A stretch of 32,000 nt of DNA. It comes from Pirellula staleyi DSM 6068. Its GTDB lineage: Bacteria > Planctomycetota > Planctomycetia > Pirellulales > Pirellulaceae. This document shows, one piece after another, positions 28,595 through 32,000 of the stretch; position 1 is the stretch's first letter; each line of letters starts with the position of its first letter. The stretch spans positions 4,650,001 through 4,682,000 of the forward strand of contig CP001848.1 in assembly GCA_000025185.1 (NCBI GenBank). Reading direction: 5' to 3'. The translations under genes and the position numbers were made by a program. The notes beneath the pieces were generated by a model that had not been told where the DNA came from, did not search any database, and saw nothing but the letters and a program-made list of their open reading frames with translations.

Positions 28595-30175
28595 CTATCG
28601 GAGCAGCGGAGCAATCGGCAGCAAACGATCGTCGCCTAGCGGTAGCGTTCCGACTTCAGCTGGCTGAATTACTTGCTTTTCTGCAGGAACCTCGGGTTTT
28701 TCGCGCGTTTTCCGAAGCTCAAAGCGCGCGAGTGGTCGGGCTGGGTTCTCACGATTATCAGCAAGGTAGCCCAGCAGATAGCGGCCGTCATCCAGACGTG
28801 TCAGCAGCTTCCAAGCACCATCTTCGCTCACCACTTCGAACCGCTCGTCATCGATACCCAGCAGATCGCGAAGGGCTGCCGTATTGGTCGAGAGTAGCAG
28901 TTCGCCATGCGCACCAACGGTCGCCCAGCGCGCGCGATTTTCCGCAGTCAGACTTTCATAGAGTGCATTGAGTGTCAGCAGTGGCTGTGTGGTCGTTGGC
29001 GATGCTGCAGGAAGGGTGTTGGCCTTACGGAACTCCACAATCTTGGTCTTCACGCGCGAGTCGCGAGGCGTGCGTGTTTGTCGCGCAAGCTTGAGGATGG
29101 TCACCATCTCGAGTTCGCGCTCGCGCTGCTGCTCGGAAGCATCTTCGCGCACTAAGTAGATCGGCTGACGCGCCAATGGCTCGTTCTTCCAAGCTTCAAA
29201 TTCCGCAGCAACAGCTGCGGGAAGTTTTTCGAGAAGCTCGTTCCCGTGTCTCGCAAAACGTTCGCGTGGAAGAATCGAAACCTCGGGCAAACGCTCTCCA
29301 GCTGGCAGTGCCGATTGATGAGCGGCCTTGAGAGCATCGAAGAAATCCCACGCGCGATGAGCGTCGTTTCCCTCGAGCAAGAACTGCACCATTTGAGCAG
29401 CTGCAGTGCGATCGACGGCAATCGCTTCGAGTTCATCTTGCGAACTCCGTTTCGCACGCCACTGATAGCCTCCCACATCTGCTACACGCTCAATTTCAGG
29501 CGTTTTTGCAAGATCGGGAAGACGATTGTCACTCCCTGTTTCGAGCGCCACATACGTCGCCAAACCACTCGTGGCCCAGAGCGGGAACATCTTGTCGCAC
29601 TCGGCTGTGTGCAAAATGGCAAGCGCGACACCTTCGCGCATCGCTGGCAGCTGTTTCTCGAGCGATGGCAAACCGGTGCCGACCCGAATATGAACTTGCG
29701 TGATCAAGCCAACCACGTCGACCGTCGTTGCCGGCTGATCGCGATCGCGAATCGGCTCGTTGTCGATCACCACTTGCAGAGCACCGATGCCAAAATCGCC
29801 TCGACGATGTTCGGTCATCCAGTTGTCGGCTAGTGAAGCAGTGAAAGCCCACGTACGCTTCACTTCCTCGGCAACCGCCCGCGCATCGTCACGTCCGGTC
29901 ATGGAGACAACAGTGAACTGCGGCATGCGCACTTCATAGCCACGATGCGTTTGGCGTTCTTCGTTGCGAGGACGATCGAGTTCATCGACTGGACGGACAC
30001 GATTGTCGTTCACGCTGCGCATACTCGGCTGCGTATTCGGCGACTGTCCTAATAGTATCGTCGACTCACTTGCGATGAGTGCAGCGCTGCCGATTGCTAC
30101 AGCAATCCAGCGCCGAGCACTGACTAGCGACACTCCGTGGGAACTGGCCCGATGGGAATTGCATGGTTGTTTCAT
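28595..30175 (-). CDS. Hypothetical secreted protein (526 aa), function unknown
   Basis: N-terminal basic region plus hydrophobic core (RRWIAVAIGSAALIAS), then a protein-like, non-repetitive sequence with balanced composition. I recognised no catalytic or binding motif. Confidence 0.65.
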   Translation of the reverse strand: MKQPCNSHRASSHGVSLVSARRWIAVAIGSAALIASESTILLGQSPNTQPSMRSVNDNRVRPVDELDRPRNEERQTHRGYEVRMPQFTVVSMTGRDDARAVAEEVKRTWAFTASLADNWMTEHRRGDFGIGALQVVIDNEPIRDRDQPATTVDVVGLITQVHIRVGTGLPSLEKQLPAMREGVALAILHTAECDKMFPLWATSGLATYVALETGSDNRLPDLAKTPEIERVADVGGYQWRAKRSSQDELEAIAVDRTAAAQMVQFLLEGNDAHRAWDFFDALKAAHQSALPAGERLPEVSILPRERFARHGNELLEKLPAAVAAEFEAWKNEPLARQPIYLVREDASEQQRERELEMVTILKLARQTRTPRDSRVKTKIVEFRKANTLPAASPTTTQPLLTLNALYESLTAENRARWATVGAHGELLLSTNTAALRDLLGIDDERFEVVSEDGAWKLLTRLDDGRYLLGYLADNRENPARPLARFELRKTREKPEVPAEKQVIQPAEVGTLPLGDDRLLPIAPLLR

Positions 30176-30633
30176 CGCGCCCTCGATCTTATCTAAAGCC
30201 CACTCGCCAGTATCACGCCCGGCCAGCCTGCTAGCACCCTCGCGACAGCAACGCTGCGCGCAGTCATCCCTACTGCTCTCTATTCTCTTCCTTTATCGGC
30301 GGGAGGCAAACTTTTCTGCGGTAAACGATCGTAACGATTTTGCGATCACTTCTCCCGAGAACCGCATGTAGATTCCCCCTGAACATTCGATTTATTAGGC
30401 ATCGGCGGCATAGGCGGGAGGACTGGAAGAACCGGTGCGGTGGGATTTACCGGCATATTTTCTCAGGTTGAGGGCAGGGTGGGAGCGATAAGAAGAGTCA
30501 GGCGGATGGTGTCGCGCTGGTGGCGTGGGGATTGGACTACGTAGTCAGCGATACCTCGACTCTGCACGAAGTGGGCCTCTTCGGAGGCTGCTTTCTCCAG
30601 GGCGGCTCGATGACGCAAGGCTCTCAGTTGCGA

Positions 30634-30727
30634 GTGGCTCAGTGATGAGCTGGTCAGCACATGAGTGGCTCGTGCAGGAGACGTTCAGCGATGAACGGCC
30701 TCCTGTGTGCGTGGCTCAGCGATGAGC
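30634..30727. repeat. Two copies of the 17-mer GTGGCTCAG(T/C)GATGAGC, each containing palindrome GCTCA-GNGA-TGAGC
   Basis: Copies at 30634-30650 and 30711-30727 differ at one base. Related partial copies are GAGTGGCTCG at 30663 and TCAGCGATGAAC at 30685. The 8-mer TCAGCGAT occurs at 30545, 30685 and 30716. Confidence 0.5.
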
Positions 30728-30919
30728 AAGCGAGTTGCAGGGCAGGGCCGGGTGATGGAAGCGATATCAGCGGCGACGTGAGTTGCCGGGCACCCGCTTC
30801 ATGATCAACAGGGATGTAGTGCGATGGTGAGTGCGAGGGCGAGCGGCGCGGCGAACAATTCGCCCGTGTCGAGCGACGCGGCACTTGCTGGCGAGATCAA
30901 TACGACAGGGGGAACGGCA

Positions 30920-32000
30920 ATGTCGCGATCGTTCGAGATGCGGCGCGGCGGAATGTCGCAGCGGTGGAAACGGGTCCTCGCAGCTTCGCTGTGTGCAGGA
31001 AGTTTCCTAACAGGTTCGCTCCTCTTCGGAGCTGAGAACCAGTTGCGGCCCGCTTCGAATTCGCCAGTGAATTCCAGCGAGAACTCGCCGGTCATCAATC
31101 CATACACAGCGTCGAGCACGAGCAGTTCGCGAAAGAACTCCCCCGCGCCGACACCAAGTCCTGCCGCTGTGGCCAAGACGCCGGCCAAGATGGTCTCGAC
31201 CCCATCGAAGCTGAAGCCGACCGTGGCAACTGCTGCCGAGCCGGCCACGCTGCCGCAAGCGGAAGCAGTCCTCGCGCCGATCGTGAAAGCGTCGGACATG
31301 CAGCGCCGGCCAGGCGTTAGCCAAGCACCGACTCTCGCGCCGATCGTGAAGTCGAGTCGACCCGCGCTCCGCCCGACTCCTGCAGCCGACGAAGTAGTCG
31401 GAACCGGTGCCACAGGTCTCGAGACGCGTGAAACGCTCCCGACTCCCGCTTCGATTCCTGTCGCGGCCAAGCCAGTGCTCGCGGCCCCCAAGCCGATCGC
31501 TGCGGCGGTTGCTCCTGCTGTAAATCCAGCCTCGGCGAGCGACACAGCTGCGGCGGTTCCCTCGCGCAGCGTAAGCCCGTGGATGCAAGAGCTCGATGCT
31601 CCGCGTCCACTCGCGCCGCACACGCCTGAAGTTGCACCACAGCCGATTCCAAGTGCTGAAACACCACGCTCGCTCGCCACGGAAACACCAGCAGCGGCTC
31701 CGCGCTCGTCGTTTGCCGAAGCGGCTGAACGTGCCACCGAGCTGCTCGAAACCCCCGCGCCACGCACGCTGCCGAGCGTCGAATTCGGTCGTCCGAAGTT
31801 CGAGCCACTCGCGGAAGCGATGCCGACGATTCCACCGGCAGCCGAGCCCGCGCCGGTCCGCAGCAGCTTCATCCCAGTCGCTACGAGCGATCCTGCATCA
31901 GCTCCGCTGGCGATCGCCCCCGCACCGACGCGGGAAGCTTCAGCTGCCGCGCCGATGAACTTCACCGCGCCGATTGCCGCTCCTAGTGCAGCTCCCACCG
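30920..32000 (+). CDS. Secreted or membrane-anchored Pro/Ala/Ser/Thr-rich low-complexity protein, N-terminal ~360 codons (continues past the right edge)
   Basis: Not in the ORF track because there is no stop in the window. Translation: MSRSFEMRRGGMSQRWKRVLAASLCAGSFLTGSLLFGAENQLRPASNSPVNSS..., i.e. a basic n-region plus hydrophobic core, then a PA-rich region with repeated LAPIVK(A/S)S. A GGGGGAA motif lies 5 nt upstream. An alternative in-frame ATG lies at 30824. The listed 397-aa ORF 30805..31998(-) is its antisense shadow (third codon positions coincide). Confidence 0.6.
   Translation, partial: MSRSFEMRRGGMSQRWKRVLAASLCAGSFLTGSLLFGAENQLRPASNSPVNSSENSPVINPYTASSTSSSRKNSPAPTPSPAAVAKTPAKMVSTPSKLKPTVATAAEPATLPQAEAVLAPIVKASDMQRRPGVSQAPTLAPIVKSSRPALRPTPAADEVVGTGATGLETRETLPTPASIPVAAKPVLAAPKPIAAAVAPAVNPASASDTAAAVPSRSVSPWMQELDAPRPLAPHTPEVAPQPIPSAETPRSLATETPAAAPRSSFAEAAERATELLETPAPRTLPSVEFGRPKFEPLAEAMPTIPPAAEPAPVRSSFIPVATSDPASAPLAIAPAPTREASAAAPMNFTAPIAAPSAAPT

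Noticed and set aside
30463-30884. Small ORFs in the 30.2-30.8 kb intergenic region (30463-30660-, 30525-30725+, 30654-30884-)
   Set aside because: They overlap each other, and their similarity (SSLSHS / SSLSHA) simply reflects the repeated 17-mer. The composition is not protein-like. I interpret them as repeat-containing non-coding DNA.
30805-31998. 397-aa Gly/Ala/Ser-rich ORF on the minus strand
   Set aside because: It is the antisense of an open plus-strand frame that has a proper signal-anchor N-terminus and start context, and third codon positions coincide between the two. I cannot fully exclude it without expression data, so the plus-strand call is held at confidence 0.6.
1-32000. Window-wide search for CRISPR arrays, rRNA/tRNA genes, IS elements or transposases, integrases, phage genes, toxin-antitoxin pairs or defence-system signatures
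   Set aside because: I saw no regularly spaced direct repeats, no transposase or integrase motifs and no terminal inverted repeats flanking a gene. All large ORFs are explained by housekeeping, efflux or envelope functions.

Overview
Gene-dense chromosomal segment with 21 supported protein-coding genes and no rRNA, tRNA, CRISPR array, transposase or integrase that I could recognise. Coding lines I hand-counted are about 58% GC (35/60). Gene content suggests a Planctomycetota (Pirellula-like) genome: a signal-peptide DUF1080 protein, a 700+ aa multi-PDZ RseP, a sigma-70 with a long acidic N-terminus, many orphan secreted or membrane proteins, and weak or absent Shine-Dalgarno sites. This taxonomic call is inference only. 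Left to right: HAD hydrolase (partial, -), rseP and dxr (-, overlapping TAATG), ftsH (+), a coiled-coil membrane protein and a kinase-less Wzz/GumC-like protein (-), DUF1080 (+), a 2Fe-2S ferredoxin-like gene plus a P-II-like gene (+) convergent with glnE (-), rpoD (-), a ~1.95 kb ORF-poor spacer, an SDR (+), a Zn-ribbon membrane protein (+), a marR / RND adaptor / RND pump / SAM-methyltransferase string (-), hflX plus a second SDR (+), an orphan 526-aa secreted protein (-), and a Pro/Ala-rich secreted protein running off the right edge (+, absent from the ORF track). Most of the window is housekeeping, and I do not see a clear novel multi-gene system such as a defence island or mobile element. 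The best leads are: (1) the GC-depressed, C-skewed, ORF-poor 1.95 kb region upstream of rpoD, which also holds an ORF split at a G6 homopolymer; (2) a GlnE whose N-terminal nucleotidyltransferase motif looks degenerate; (3) a ferredoxin / non-canonical P-II pair; (4) repeated GNRA-capped palindromes in a 650-bp intergenic region; (5) a strong terminator hairpin that overlaps the start of the HAD gene. All functional calls rest on motifs read by eye; no database search was possible.
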